Shown here piece by piece: positions 27,976 through 39,131 of a stretch of DNA of 42,599 bases. The notes under the pieces were generated by a model that worked only from the letters and a program-made list of their open reading frames with translations, was not told where the DNA came from and did not search any database. The position numbers and the translations under genes were made by a program. Source of the DNA: an uncultured bacterium (GTDB lineage: Bacteria > Bacteroidota > Bacteroidia > Bacteroidales > 4484-276). Position 1 is the stretch's first letter; each line of letters starts with the position of its first letter. The stretch is taken from positions 1-42,599 of the forward strand of contig CBDUSJ010000001.1 of the NCBI GenBank assembly GCA_965369845.1, given 5' to 3'.

Positions 27976-29124
27976 ATGAGCAATAATTCAAATAAAAGAG
28001 TGAAGATTTTCCGTAAAGTCATCCTGATTACAGGATTTTTCATACTACTGATCTTTCCGTTGCTGGCAACCGACCAACATCAGCGAGAAGATGAAACTTG
28101 GGAAGAAGAAATAACCGAAGAAGAATACAAAGCCGGCGAGATGATCTTAGAACATGTTCTTGATTCTCATGAATGGCACATACTTAGTATCGGAGATTTT
28201 CACCTGACAATTCCATTGCCTGTAATTCTTTATCATAATGGAAAATTACACTGCTTTTTATCGAACAAATTTGAACACGGACATAATCATTATAATAGTT
28301 TTGCTATAATAAAAGAGGGTGGGAACAAAGGACAAGTTGTAAAAATTCTTGAAGAGCGATTTATAGATGAAAAAATTATTGTGGCTGACGATAGTCAAAA
28401 ACTTCCTCTCGATTTTTCAATAACCAAAAATGTACTCGCTATTTTTATTAGCCTGATTTTTATGTGCTGGTTATTTATTTCAATCGCAAAAGCCTATAAA
28501 AAAAGAGGAGGTCAGTCGCCAAAAGGCATTCAGTCGGTACTTGAGCCTGTTATTCTTTTCATCAGGAACGACATTGCCAAACCATCTATCGGAGAAAAAA
28601 ATTATGAAAAATTCATGCCTTATTTACTTACTCTTTTCTTTTTTATCTTTTTAAACAACCTGATCGGGTTGATACCATTTTTTCCCGGTGGCGCCAACGT
28701 TACAGGGAATATTGCCGTAACCGGAGTGCTTGCTTTATTCACATTCTTTGTTACTAACTTTGGCGGAAATAAACAGTATTGGAATCATATAGTTAATACA
28801 CCAAGCGTACCGTGGTGGCTTAAATTTCCTGTTCCGCTTATGCCGGTTGTTGAATTAATTGGATTGATCACCAAACCGTTTGTTCTGATGATTCGTCTTT
28901 TTGCAAACATCGCTGCCGGGCATTTCATTGTTCTTGGTTTCATCAGCTTGATCTTTATTTTCGGCCAGGCACATCCGGCCTTAGGATACAGCATATCAAT
29001 AGTTTCAGTGGCTTTTGCAATTTTTATGAACCTACTCGAAATTCTCGTAGCTTTTATCCAGGCTTATGTTTTTACACTTTTATCAGCGCTTTATTTTGGA
29101 ATGGCAACTGAAGAAAATCATTAA
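27976..29124 (+). CDS. atpB: F1Fo ATP synthase subunit a with a ~150-aa N-terminal extension
   Basis: C-terminal half has the conserved LMIRLFANIAAGH (essential Arg) helix. The N-terminal part contains EHVLDSHEWHI. Confidence 0.92.
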   Translation: MSNNSNKRVKIFRKVILITGFFILLIFPLLATDQHQREDETWEEEITEEEYKAGEMILEHVLDSHEWHILSIGDFHLTIPLPVILYHNGKLHCFLSNKFEHGHNHYNSFAIIKEGGNKGQVVKILEERFIDEKIIVADDSQKLPLDFSITKNVLAIFISLIFMCWLFISIAKAYKKRGGQSPKGIQSVLEPVILFIRNDIAKPSIGEKNYEKFMPYLLTLFFFIFLNNLIGLIPFFPGGANVTGNIAVTGVLALFTFFVTNFGGNKQYWNHIVNTPSVPWWLKFPVPLMPVVELIGLITKPFVLMIRLFANIAAGHFIVLGFISLIFIFGQAHPALGYSISIVSVAFAIFMNLLEILVAFIQAYVFTLLSALYFGMATEENH

Positions 29125-29161
29125 ATAATAAATAAATTATCAATTCATCAAAACCATAATT

Positions 29162-29422
29162 ATGGAATTATTAGCAGTATTGTTACAGGTAGCGACAGAT
29201 TTGACGCCGATAGCAAAAATGGGAGCCGGATTCGCAGCTGCCATAGTTACAGTCGGCGCCAGTATCAGCATCGCCAGGATAGGTAAAGGGGCTGTCGAAT
29301 CCGTTGCCCGTCAGCCGGAAGCTACGAGTGAAATCCGTTCGAATATGATCATAGCGGCAGCTCTGATCGAAGGAATTGCATTCTTCGCTATCGTTGTGTG
29401 TTTGCTTATTGTATTTCTATAG
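29162..29422 (+). CDS. atpE: F1Fo ATP synthase subunit c
   Basis: 86-aa two-helix hairpin with loop ARQPE and the carboxylate site in AALIEGIAFF. Confidence 0.95.
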   Translation: MELLAVLLQVATDLTPIAKMGAGFAAAIVTVGASISIARIGKGAVESVARQPEATSEIRSNMIIAAALIEGIAFFAIVVCLLIVFL

Positions 29423-29436
29423 TAAGCATAAAAATT

Positions 29437-29473
29437 CCCGCATCCTGACAGTTGGTCAGGATGCTGGGGTTTT
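29437..29473 (+). terminator. Intra-operon stem-loop with a short T tract between atpE and atpF (possible attenuator or mRNA stabiliser)
   Basis: Perfect 10-bp stem GCATCCTGAC/GTCAGGATGC (29440-29449 with 29455-29464), 5-nt loop, then GGGGTTTT. Confidence 0.5.
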
Positions 29474-29535
29474 AAATGAACAGGAAAGAAATTGGAAATG
29501 CATAAAATTTGAAAGTTAATATAAAACAATAAACA

Positions 29536-30030
29536 ATGGAATTAGTTAGTCCGGGTATCGGATTGGTTTTCTGGATGACCCTTGCATTTGGGATAGTTCT
29601 TTGGATTCTTAAAAAATTTGCGTGGAAACCAATTATGGAAGCCCTGAAGCAACGTGAAGATTCAATCGACAATGCTCTGCAAGAAGCCGACAAAGCCAGA
29701 GAAGAAACAAAAGAGCTGGAGAAAAGAATCGAACAACTTGAAAAAAAAGCAAAACATGAAAGGGATAATATCCTCAGACAGGCTCGCGAAATCAAAAAAG
29801 AAGTGATTGAAAAAGCCAGATTGAAAGCCAACGAAGAATCAAACATCATTATTGAGAATGCACTCGAAACAATTGAACACGAAAAAATAGCTGCAATGAT
29901 CGACCTTAAAAATCAAATAGCAAAATTTTCAATTGAAATTGCTGAAAAACTGCTTACAGAAGAACTTTCTGATAAAGTAAAACAGAAAAAATATGTCGAT
30001 AAACTTATTACAGAATTTGTTGTAAATTAA
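29536..30030 (+). CDS. atpF: F1Fo ATP synthase subunit b
   Basis: N-terminal TM helix followed by a long charged helix. Position in the operon supports the call. Confidence 0.9.
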   Translation: MELVSPGIGLVFWMTLAFGIVLWILKKFAWKPIMEALKQREDSIDNALQEADKAREETKELEKRIEQLEKKAKHERDNILRQAREIKKEVIEKARLKANEESNIIIENALETIEHEKIAAMIDLKNQIAKFSIEIAEKLLTEELSDKVKQKKYVDKLITEFVVN

Positions 30031-30058
30031 TTCAGCTAACCTACATTATTAATATCAA

Positions 30059-30616
30059 ATGGATATTACTATAATTTCGAAACGGTATGCGCAAGCGCTT
30101 TTTGATCTTGCATTAGAGATGAACAAACTCGAAAGGGTTAGTGAAAATATGAAACTTGTATCAAAAGTTACTAACGAAAACCCACAACTGAGACGCTTGC
30201 TTGCAAGCCCTGTAATCTCTATTGGTAAAAAATTAGTTATCCTGAAAAAAATATTTGAAAAACACCTCGATATACTTTCATTCAGATTTATCCAGTTAGT
30301 TACAAGAAAAGAACGGCAGATATATCTTAGAAGCATTACCGATAATTTTAATGTTCTTTATAAAAAATATAAAAACATACTTACTGTTCATCTGAAAACA
30401 GCTTATAAAATAGATGAGGCAACCATGAGAAAATTACAAATAATTGCCGGGCAGAAGGTAAAAATGAATATAGAGATGATAGAAGAAATAGATAAAAGCC
30501 TTATTGGCGGATTTATTATGAATATCGGAGATTACCTGTATGACGCAAGTTTAAAAAAGAAATTCAAACTTTTATCAGAAACGTTTAGTAAAAATTTATA
30601 CATCGGGGAATTTTAA
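30059..30616 (+). CDS. atpH: F1Fo ATP synthase subunit delta (OSCP)
   Basis: ISKRYAQALFDLALE start and C-terminal LIGGFIMNIGDYLYDASLKKK are typical of OSCP/delta. Confidence 0.9.
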   Translation: MDITIISKRYAQALFDLALEMNKLERVSENMKLVSKVTNENPQLRRLLASPVISIGKKLVILKKIFEKHLDILSFRFIQLVTRKERQIYLRSITDNFNVLYKKYKNILTVHLKTAYKIDEATMRKLQIIAGQKVKMNIEMIEEIDKSLIGGFIMNIGDYLYDASLKKKFKLLSETFSKNLYIGEF

Positions 30617-30636
30617 TTTCAAAAAATCAATAAAAT

Positions 30637-32223
30637 ATGTCACAGATAAAACCCGCAGAAGTATCGGAAATTTTAAGACAGGAACTGGCAGGCTATAAAA
30701 CCGAAATCGAACTGGAAGAAATAGGAACGGTTTTACAAATTGGTGATGGCATTGCGCGAATTTACGGTTTGACCAACGTTGAAGCCGGCGAGATGGTTGA
30801 ATTTGAAAAACACAACCTGGCAGGCATAGCTTTGAATCTTGAACAGGATAATGTCGGTGTAGTACTTCTTGGCGAATCTCATGATATTAACGAAGGCGAC
30901 ATTGTAAAACGCACCGGCAGGATTGCTTCGATAAATGTGGGCTACGGTATGCTCGGAAGAGTAATCAACACCCTTGGTGAACCTATCGATGGAAAAGGCG
31001 AAATCAAAGGTGAAACATGGGAACTACCACTCGAACGAAAAGCTCCGGGAGTAATTTTTCGTCAGCCGGTAAATGAACCGCTTCAAACCGGACTAAAGGC
31101 TGTAGATGCAATGATCCCGATAGGAAGAGGACAACGCGAATTGATAATCGGCGACCGTCAGACAGGTAAAACAGCAATTGCTATCGACACGATAATAAAC
31201 CAAAAAGAATTCTACGATAATAACGAACCTGTTTACTGTATTTATGTTGCTATAGGGCAAAAAGGCTCAACAGTGGCAAATATTGTAGAAACCCTTAAAG
31301 AGAAAGGCGCTTTGAGATACACAATTGTTATATCGTCCACTGCTTCCGAACCTGCTGCAATGCAATTTTATTCAGCGTTTGCCGGCGCAACTATTGGCGA
31401 GTTTTTCCGCGACAGCGGCCATCCGGCATTAGTAATTTACGATGATCTGTCGAAGCAGGCGGTAGCTTACCGTGAAGTATCGCTATTGCTACGTCGCCCA
31501 CCGGGACGAGAAGCTTACCCGGGCGATGTGTTTTATCTGCACTCAAGACTCCTCGAAAGAGCTGCCAAAATAATTGAATCCGACAAAATAGCACGGCAAA
31601 TGAACGACCTTCCGGAATCGATAAAACATTTGGTTAAAGGAGGCGGTTCACTAACTGCTCTGCCCATTATCGAAACACAAGCCGGAGACGTATCTGCGTA
31701 TATCCCGACAAACGTTATCTCTATCACCGACGGCCAGATATTCCTTGAGTCAAGTCTTTTTAATTCGGGTATCCGGCCTGCCATCAATGTTGGCATTTCG
31801 GTTTCGAGGGTTGGAGGTAATGCTCAGATAAAATCAATGAAAAAAGTGGCTGGAACACTTAAACTTGACCAAGCGCAATTTAGCGAACTCGAAGCTTTTG
31901 CAAAATTTGGCTCCGAACTCGATGCTGCTACTATGGCAGTGTTGGAAAAAGGGCGGAGAAATGTTGAGATACTCAAACAGGCTCAATATTCACCTCTGCC
32001 GGTTGAAAAACAAATAGCTATTATTTTCTGTGGTACAAAAAATTTACTGAAAAATATTCCTCTTAAAGACGTCAAAAATTTTGAAGTAGAATATTTGCAC
32101 TTTCTTGAAATCCACCACAAACATTTACTATTAAATCTGAGAGAAGGAAAATTGTCGGATAAAGACATGATAACATTGGAAAAAGTGGCCAGGGAGATAG
32201 CTGTTAAGCATGAAAAATATTAA
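30637..32223 (+). CDS. atpA: F1Fo ATP synthase subunit alpha
   Basis: Walker A GDRQTGKT, plus [42 protein letters not shown]. Confidence 0.97.
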   Translation: MSQIKPAEVSEILRQELAGYKTEIELEEIGTVLQIGDGIARIYGLTNVEAGEMVEFEKHNLAGIALNLEQDNVGVVLLGESHDINEGDIVKRTGRIASINVGYGMLGRVINTLGEPIDGKGEIKGETWELPLERKAPGVIFRQPVNEPLQTGLKAVDAMIPIGRGQRELIIGDRQTGKTAIAIDTIINQKEFYDNNEPVYCIYVAIGQKGSTVANIVETLKEKGALRYTIVISSTASEPAAMQFYSAFAGATIGEFFRDSGHPALVIYDDLSKQAVAYREVSLLLRRPPGREAYPGDVFYLHSRLLERAAKIIESDKIARQMNDLPESIKHLVKGGGSLTALPIIETQAGDVSAYIPTNVISITDGQIFLESSLFNSGIRPAINVGISVSRVGGNAQIKSMKKVAGTLKLDQAQFSELEAFAKFGSELDAATMAVLEKGRRNVEILKQAQYSPLPVEKQIAIIFCGTKNLLKNIPLKDVKNFEVEYLHFLEIHHKHLLLNLREGKLSDKDMITLEKVAREIAVKHEKY

Positions 32224-32226
32224 AAT

Positions 32227-33111
32227 ATGCTAAGTTTAAAAGAAGTCAGGTTACGGATTGAAACGGTAAAATCCACACAGCAGATCACCAGAGCTATGAA
32301 AATGGTGGCCGCAGCAAAACTGAGGAAGGCACAAAATGCCATTCTTGCCCTTCGGCCTTATGCCGCCAAGATGGCTGAAATAATTCAAAACATTAGTGCA
32401 ACGCTCGATGACTCGCACGAAAGCGTTTTCTCGGAAGTCAGGGAAGCTGAAAACATTCTGATTTTAGTAGTGTCCTCAAACAGGGGACTTTGCGGGCCAT
32501 TTAATGCAAATATTTCTAAAGCTGCTCTACGATTTATCGTTGAGAAATACACAAAACAACTCCTTGCAGGTAATGTTGATGTTTTAACAATCGGCAAAAA
32601 AGGACACGATTTTATTACAAACCGGAATTTCAGGGTTACCGAATCAAATAATGATATTCTCGAAAAACTGACATTTGAATCGGTATCACCGTTTGCCGAA
32701 AGGTTAATGGCTGACTTTGCAAACAAAAAACACGACCGCATAATTTTTTTGTACAACCAGTTTAAAAATGCGGCGATACATATATTAAAAATTGAACAGT
32801 TCCTCCCGATAGTGAATGAAACCCCTGAAGAACAATTTTTATTACATCGTCATCCGGATTTTATTTTTGAACCCTCGAAAAATGAAATCATTTCCGAACT
32901 TATTCCAAAATCACTGAAAACACAGCTTTATAAAATCTTACTCGATTCACTTGCTTCTGAACACGGCGCAAGAATGACTGCCATGCATATTGCTACCGAC
33001 AATGCGCAAGAACTTCTCAAAGAACTCAGACTCACTTATAATAAAGCCCGCCAGGCAACCATTACAAATGAAATTCTTGAAATTGTTAGCGGCGCCGAAG
33101 CATTGAAATAA
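32227..33111 (+). CDS. atpG: F1Fo ATP synthase subunit gamma
   Basis: LKEVRLRIETVKSTQQITRAMKMVAAAKLRKAQ and C-terminal RQATITNEILEIVSGAEAL. Confidence 0.95.
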   Translation: MLSLKEVRLRIETVKSTQQITRAMKMVAAAKLRKAQNAILALRPYAAKMAEIIQNISATLDDSHESVFSEVREAENILILVVSSNRGLCGPFNANISKAALRFIVEKYTKQLLAGNVDVLTIGKKGHDFITNRNFRVTESNNDILEKLTFESVSPFAERLMADFANKKHDRIIFLYNQFKNAAIHILKIEQFLPIVNETPEEQFLLHRHPDFIFEPSKNEIISELIPKSLKTQLYKILLDSLASEHGARMTAMHIATDNAQELLKELRLTYNKARQATITNEILEIVSGAEALK

Positions 33112-33122
33112 AAAATGCTGAT

Positions 33123-33548
33123 TTACTCCATAATTACTTTTCCCTTGATCTGTAAGATTTGAGGGTTGTCGTTTGCATTTGTTTTTATTGTAACAGTTTT
33201 TCTGAAATTTCCTTTTCCTCTTGCATTATAGGTTACCGAAATTGTTATTGACTTTCCCGGAAGGATCGGCTCGTGTGAATATTTCAGGTTTGTGCAACCG
33301 CATGAAGCCTTTGCATAAGTGATGATCAGCGGTTCGTTGCCATCGTTTGTAAGAATGAATTCAGCGGTCTGAGGCTCTTTGTATTTAATATCTCCGAAAT
33401 CATAAGTTGTTTTGTCCCATGAAGACTTTGGCCCCATGATTATTGTTTCAGACTCTGTTTTATCATTTTCTGTTTGTAAACTCTGGGCAGGAACAGACAA
33501 ACCTACAGCAAGCATAATTGCCATTGTTAAAATAAAAGTTTTTTTCAT
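33123..33548 (-). CDS. DUF1573 domain-containing secreted protein
   Basis: Signal peptide. FILTNDGNEPLIITYAKASCGCT is the DUF1573 signature. Confidence 0.8.
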   Translation of the reverse strand: MKKTFILTMAIMLAVGLSVPAQSLQTENDKTESETIIMGPKSSWDKTTYDFGDIKYKEPQTAEFILTNDGNEPLIITYAKASCGCTNLKYSHEPILPGKSITISVTYNARGKGNFRKTVTIKTNANDNPQILQIKGKVIME

Positions 33549-33720
33549 CTCACATAATTTTTTAGATTATATTAAAATATTTCATCGACAAAAGTCTTTA
33601 ATTATATCCGAAAAGCATGTTAATAAAAAGTAAAACTATGTTAATGAAATGTAAATTTTTATTATCAAACCAAAAATCAGAGTATCTTTACCTTATAAAA
33701 AAAATTTAATTTATTATGTA

Positions 33721-34983
33721 ATGAAGCGCAACAACATCAGATTTATTGTAATTCTTGGCACCTTTGCAATCACGGGAATAATCATCGTGCAGATTTATTG
33801 GCTTCAGAAAGCCTGGAATACTAAAGAGAAACAATTTAATCAAACAATTTTTATTGCGCTGAAAAGTGTTGCCGAAAAAATGTCTGTTTACAATCAGACA
33901 TTATTGCCAAACGAAAATCCTGTAAACCAGCTTTCTTCAAACTATTTCGTTGTGAACATCAATAGCGTTATCGATGCAAATATTCTTGAATATTATCTGA
34001 AAACAGAATTCGACAAACTCAATATTAAAACCGATTATGAATACGCCATTTACGATTGCCACAACGATAAAATGGTATATGGAAATTTCATCTCACCAAA
34101 AGGAAAACCTATAGAACCTACCACAAACCTTCCCAAATACAGCGACTATGTTTACTATTTTGGAATAAATTTCCCCTCGAAAAAAAATTATCTTGCCGGC
34201 GATATGACTATCTGGATTGTTTTTTCATCCATACTGCTTGTTTCGGTGATTTTTTTCAGCTACGCAATTTTTGTTATTCTGAAACAAAAAAGACTCTCGG
34301 AATTGCAGAAAGACTTTATAAACAACATGACACATGAATTTAAAACTCCGATAGCAAGCATTAATATTTCATCCGACGTTATCACCAAACCGGATATTCT
34401 TAAAAATCCCGAACGTTTATTCAACTATGGAAAAATTATCAAGCAGGAAAACAACCGCCTTAATAACCAGGTCGAAAAAGTGCTTCAGATAGCCAGAATA
34501 GAAACAAGCGGGTTTGAACTGAAAAAGGAAAAAATCAATCTAAACGAACTAATCGAAAATGTGGCTAAAAACTGCAAACACAACAACAATAAAAATAACA
34601 AACAAATCACTACCGATCTCGATCCATCAATAGAACACGTTATTGCAGATCGTTTGCATCTGACTAATATTTTATACAATTTGCTCGATAATGCTTTTAA
34701 ATACTCAGGGCAAAATCCAAATATTAATTTTGTAACCGGAAAGAATAAAAATAGTGTTTTAATAAAAATAGAAGATAATGGCCAGGGTATAAGTCGCGAA
34801 TACCAGAAAAAGATATTCAATAAGTTCTTCAGGATACCGACGGGAAATGTTCATGATGTGAAAGGCTTCGGCCTGGGTTTGTATTATGTAAAAAATATTT
34901 GCAAAGCTCATAGATGGAAAATTTCTTTAGAAAGCGAATTAAACAAAGGTTCAAAATTTATTATTGAAATACCCTCACTATAA
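33721..34983 (+). CDS. Membrane sensor histidine kinase
   Basis: Two TM segments, H-box FINNMTHEFKTPIASI, N-box LLDNAFKYS, G-boxes DNGQGIS and GFGLGLYYV. Confidence 0.9.
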   Translation: MKRNNIRFIVILGTFAITGIIIVQIYWLQKAWNTKEKQFNQTIFIALKSVAEKMSVYNQTLLPNENPVNQLSSNYFVVNINSVIDANILEYYLKTEFDKLNIKTDYEYAIYDCHNDKMVYGNFISPKGKPIEPTTNLPKYSDYVYYFGINFPSKKNYLAGDMTIWIVFSSILLVSVIFFSYAIFVILKQKRLSELQKDFINNMTHEFKTPIASINISSDVITKPDILKNPERLFNYGKIIKQENNRLNNQVEKVLQIARIETSGFELKKEKINLNELIENVAKNCKHNNNKNNKQITTDLDPSIEHVIADRLHLTNILYNLLDNAFKYSGQNPNINFVTGKNKNSVLIKIEDNGQGISREYQKKIFNKFFRIPTGNVHDVKGFGLGLYYVKNICKAHRWKISLESELNKGSKFIIEIPSL

Positions 34984-35027
34984 AAAAAGACAAAAGGAAT
35001 ACAAACAAGCTAAAAAATTTTTAACTG

Positions 35028-35723
35028 ATGAAAAGTAAAGCAAAAATATTATATGTTGAAGATGATCTGACACTTTCTTTTGTTACCAGAGATAACCTTG
35101 AACTTCAGGGTTATTCTATTGATTTTTGCGAAGACGGACTTGAAGCCATTAAAAAATTTAAAGCAAACAAATACGATTTATGCATTCTCGATGTGATGTT
35201 GCCAAAAATGGATGGGTTTACTCTTGCAGTTAAAATAAGAGAAATGAATGAAGAAATCCCGATAATCTTTCTAACGGCAAAATCAACAAAAGAAGATAAA
35301 ATTTACGGGCTTAGACTTGGAGCTGATGATTACATTACCAAGCCATTCAGCATTGAAGAACTGATCCTTAAAATTGAAGTTTTTCTGAAAAGAAGCGGAA
35401 GTAGTATAAAAGAAAAAATAGAAACTACAATTTTCAGGATAGGACATTTTACATTCGACAGCCTGAACCAAAAACTTATAAGCCCCGAAAAAAGCAGTCA
35501 ACTTACACATCGTGAAGCCGAGCTATTCAACCTTTTTATAAAAAATGCGGATAAGATAATTAAGCGTGATGATATCCTGAACAAGGTTTGGGGTAATGAT
35601 CACTTTTTTGCCAGCCGTAGCCTCGATGTTTTTATTTCAAGATTAAGAAAATACCTGAAATCCGACCCTGATATAAAAATTGAAAACATACATAATGTTG
35701 GTTACAGGCTAAAAACAAAATGA
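35028..35723 (+). CDS. OmpR/PhoB-family response regulator (REC plus winged-helix)
   Basis: ILYVEDDLTL...LDVMLPKMDGF receiver domain. C-terminal LTHREAELFNLF...VGYRL winged helix. Confidence 0.9.
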   Translation: MKSKAKILYVEDDLTLSFVTRDNLELQGYSIDFCEDGLEAIKKFKANKYDLCILDVMLPKMDGFTLAVKIREMNEEIPIIFLTAKSTKEDKIYGLRLGADDYITKPFSIEELILKIEVFLKRSGSSIKEKIETTIFRIGHFTFDSLNQKLISPEKSSQLTHREAELFNLFIKNADKIIKRDDILNKVWGNDHFFASRSLDVFISRLRKYLKSDPDIKIENIHNVGYRLKTK

Positions 35724-35958
35724 TTTTAGAATACCGATTAACGATTTTTGATTTTAGAATTAATGATGAAATATGATATTAGATTAAAGAACAGATATAT
35801 AATTCTAATGTAATATTCTAAAAATCTGCAATCAACTTGCCCCGTACCTTTAGCGTATCGCGGTTAATATTTGTTGGATGAAAAGAAAACCGGTATTTGC
35901 TCTTTCAGATGATTATTAATCTCCAAAAAAGTTTTTTACTATCAATATTTTCTAATTC

Positions 35959-37863
35959 TTATTTTGTGGCTTTTAAAAATTCAGGTGTTTCAAAATATTT
36001 TATAAATTCTCTATCCTGAACTGCTTCCTTGCGGTATTTCGGATTTGCTTTGATTGACTTTTTCAGGTTTGCATACATTAAGACTTCATTACCCGTTCTT
36101 GCTCCAACTACTGCAAGTAAATAATAAGTAGCGCCATTTTTTCTTGCACATTCAAGGTTTGCTGCTGCGCCTGAATTGTTTCCGGCAAGCAATTGAGCAA
36201 GAGCAACATTGTAGTTGCATTTCACACCGCTAAATCTTTTTAAAGCCATTGAATAATCACCTTTTGTTATTGAAATGACACCAAGATTATAGCTATTGTT
36301 GACACCCATTTTTTCAGCATTTATAAAATACTTTTCTGCAGCAGTGTAATTTTTATTATATGCGAAAGCAACGCCAAGGTTAGTAGAAACAATACCATTA
36401 TTTTTACTCAGCACTTCGGCTTTTTCAAGAATTTTAAGCGCCTCTTTCACTTTTCCAAGTTTCAATGCCACATATCCTGCATTGTTGAAACCCTTCCAGC
36501 TTCTTGGGAAATTTGACATTGCAGCTTTATAAATACGATACTGTGTATTCCATTCGTCTGTCAATGTTCCTGCGTACAGAAGTTCTTCCTCGGTGAGTTC
36601 TTTTGGATTTGATGTAGCCAGCCTTGCTATTTCTTCATCTGTTTTTTTCGGTTCATAACAAAAAACAGTAATTTCAGATCTCCTCAAAGGCGGCAGAATA
36701 AATTCCTCGAGTTCAGGATAAATATTGATCATATTTCTGATTTCCTGTTCTCTTTTCAAAGGATCAGAAGATTTAACAACATTCACGATAGGGCGTTTAT
36801 CTTTAATCTTTGATTTTTCTACAACATTAAGGAAACCGTTCCAGTCGGGGCCGCGACCTGTAATTCTGAAATTAATATCTGTCTTCGGGTTTTTAAATTC
36901 AACCTTAGTATCTTTTTCGCGGGCGATTTTTTTAAACTGCTTGCAAAGATATTTTTCTGCAGTTATTGCTCTGTTTTCTGAAAGACCGTCGTTAAATGAT
37001 TCCTCACCTTCCGGCGACGCCCATCCGTTTATTTCAATACCTCTGATTTTCCAGCCCTGGCTAACAAAATCATTTACTTTGCCAAGCTGTTCAAATATTT
37101 TGTGTTCTTTGTTTAGTTTTAGGTTTTTATTAAAATTATAAAGATTTTTAGCAAAATAAATTTTTGCGCTTTCACTAACTATTGTTTGTTTCTGATATCC
37201 GTGAGGAGCTATTTTAAGCAAATCTACTTCTATCTCAATCTGCGCTTCATATATCTCCATAAGAATATTGCCACGACTGTCTCTTTCAATTATCTCTTCG
37301 CCAATTTCAATAACCTCCCTGACTTCATTTTCAACTTCAATTCTTGTTGAAGTATAAATTACACCGTCAGCCAGTTTGGTGGTTCCCAGTTCGGCGGCTT
37401 TTAGCTTAAGCATAATATCTTCGCGGGTTTCACCAATTTTTAATGACTCTTTTGCCATAAATACAATTGGTGTAACTAAAAGCACCGATGTATTCATATC
37501 CGGGTGATAATTAATTTCATCAGAATACGAAAAGCTGCCTCCATTTTTATAGCTGATTTCTATACCTTCGCCTTCAACTTTTTCGCCTTTCAATAAAATC
37601 GGTTTTAATTCCGTAACGCCATTCTCATACTTTAATACAGGCGCAAAATAAATTGCTGCCTTCGTGTTAAAAAACTTCGGAGGGATGTTTCCTTCTATCG
37701 ACACAGCTATCTTCCCACCATTAGTTTCAAGCACCTCTGGGGTAACCTGGTATGAAATAGTTTCATAATTTTTGGTCATTTTTTGCAGACCACTGCAACT
37801 GGCAAGTACAACAGCTATGATGATTAATCCTGCCAAATTCAGATAGGTAAGTTTTCTTTTCAT
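35959..37863 (-). CDS. Lipoprotein with an OmpA-like segment and C-terminal TPR repeats
   Basis: Lipobox LASCSG. GWASPEGEESFNDGLSENRAITAEKYL resembles the OmpA-C peptidoglycan-binding motif. The C-terminus has TPR-like A/Y/N-rich repeats. Confidence 0.55.
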   Translation of the reverse strand: MKRKLTYLNLAGLIIIAVVLASCSGLQKMTKNYETISYQVTPEVLETNGGKIAVSIEGNIPPKFFNTKAAIYFAPVLKYENGVTELKPILLKGEKVEGEGIEISYKNGGSFSYSDEINYHPDMNTSVLLVTPIVFMAKESLKIGETREDIMLKLKAAELGTTKLADGVIYTSTRIEVENEVREVIEIGEEIIERDSRGNILMEIYEAQIEIEVDLLKIAPHGYQKQTIVSESAKIYFAKNLYNFNKNLKLNKEHKIFEQLGKVNDFVSQGWKIRGIEINGWASPEGEESFNDGLSENRAITAEKYLCKQFKKIAREKDTKVEFKNPKTDINFRITGRGPDWNGFLNVVEKSKIKDKRPIVNVVKSSDPLKREQEIRNMINIYPELEEFILPPLRRSEITVFCYEPKKTDEEIARLATSNPKELTEEELLYAGTLTDEWNTQYRIYKAAMSNFPRSWKGFNNAGYVALKLGKVKEALKILEKAEVLSKNNGIVSTNLGVAFAYNKNYTAAEKYFINAEKMGVNNSYNLGVISITKGDYSMALKRFSGVKCNYNVALAQLLAGNNSGAAANLECARKNGATYYLLAVVGARTGNEVLMYANLKKSIKANPKYRKEAVQDREFIKYFETPEFLKATK

Positions 37864-37960
37864 TTTATATAAATTTATTGTTTATAGATTAATACATTTT
37901 ATTAAAAGTGGCAAATATACAAACATTTGTAAACGTAAAACAAATTTTTTATAGAAATAT

Positions 37961-38500
37961 TTATTTTTCTTTTCCGGCAAATTTTTTATAAATTTCCCAG
38001 ATCACAATTCCGGCGCATACGGAAATATTCAGAGAGTGCTTGGTGCCGAACTGAGGAATTTCGATACAACCGTCAATCAACGGGATGATTTCATCTGAAA
38101 TACCCTTAACCTCATGCCCAAATACTACGGCAATTTTTTCATCCTTTTTAATAAAAAGCTCACCGGGTTGAATACTCTCGTCAACCTGTTCAACAGCAAA
38201 AACCCTGTATCCGTCAGATTTTAGTTTTTTAACAGCTTTAACGGTTTCCGAAAAATATTCCCAGTCAACTGATTCGGTAGCGCCAAGCGCAGTTTTATGA
38301 ATATCCTTATTGGGAGGAGTTGCAGTTATCCCACATAAATAAATTTTATCCACCAAAAAAGCATCGGAAGTACGAAAAACCGAACCAATATTATTTAAAC
38401 TCCTAACATTATCGAGAACCACTATACAGGGTAGTTTCCTGGCTTTCTTGAATTCCCCGACAGTCAGACGATTAAGCTCATTATTTTGCAATTCCCTCAT
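37961..38500 (-). CDS. TrmH/SpoU-family RNA 2'-O-methyltransferase
   Basis: NIGSVFRTSDAF, VFGHEVKGIS and IPQFGTKHSLNISVCAGIVIWE are SpoU motifs 1-3. Start taken at internal ATG 38500 (MRELQNNELNRL). Confidence 0.85.
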   Translation of the reverse strand: MRELQNNELNRLTVGEFKKARKLPCIVVLDNVRSLNNIGSVFRTSDAFLVDKIYLCGITATPPNKDIHKTALGATESVDWEYFSETVKAVKKLKSDGYRVFAVEQVDESIQPGELFIKKDEKIAVVFGHEVKGISDEIIPLIDGCIEIPQFGTKHSLNISVCAGIVIWEIYKKFAGKEK

Positions 38501-38645
38501 AGCTAAATATCCGGTTTTCCAATTGTGCAACAAAATTATTAACATTCGTTAAAAATTCTTCCCAGCGCCTCAAAATAAATTTTAGTCAAATAATGCCACG
38601 CCTGCACCTTCTTTTCATATAATAAAACTCCTGAATGATTAATAT

Positions 38646-39125
38646 TTACATCTTTTTCTTTATTGTCATTATATGATATTCAAGGTCAATAAGGATTGTA
38701 TTAATTAATATTATCTTTTTTGCGAACGTGTTTTTTTTATTGGTTTTTGTTGTCAGATCAATAATATCTACATGAAATATTTCAGGAATTCCGTTTATTT
38801 TATCAAGAGTATCTTCCTGTTCTTCTTCCCCCAAAAACCCTTGATACAGAAGAAAATAATTTGCCATTAAAGGATTTTCCTGCATTAATTTACTTATCAG
38901 ATAAATATATCTTGTATTGTCGTTTTTAAAATAATAGAATGAAAATATCTCAGGTGGTTTTTTATCCGAAGAAAATACAGATAAATCTTTTTCTTTTTCC
39001 AGACATAAATCAAGATTTTTATTAAGATGATAAGCCAGTTTAAAATCAGGTAATGAGGTAACAATATCGAAAATTGTAAAATCTTTGTGCAATCCGGTTA
39101 CCGGTGAAAGTTTTTTCTTTTTCAT
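38646..39125 (-). CDS. IPExxxVDY-family protein (conserved Bacteroidota protein of unknown function)
   Basis: The GIPEIFHVDII segment matches the family-defining IPExxxVD motif. Size ~160 aa. Confidence 0.6.
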   Translation of the reverse strand: MKKKKLSPVTGLHKDFTIFDIVTSLPDFKLAYHLNKNLDLCLEKEKDLSVFSSDKKPPEIFSFYYFKNDNTRYIYLISKLMQENPLMANYFLLYQGFLGEEEQEDTLDKINGIPEIFHVDIIDLTTKTNKKNTFAKKIILINTILIDLEYHIMTIKKKM

Positions 39126-39131
39126 TGCTGT

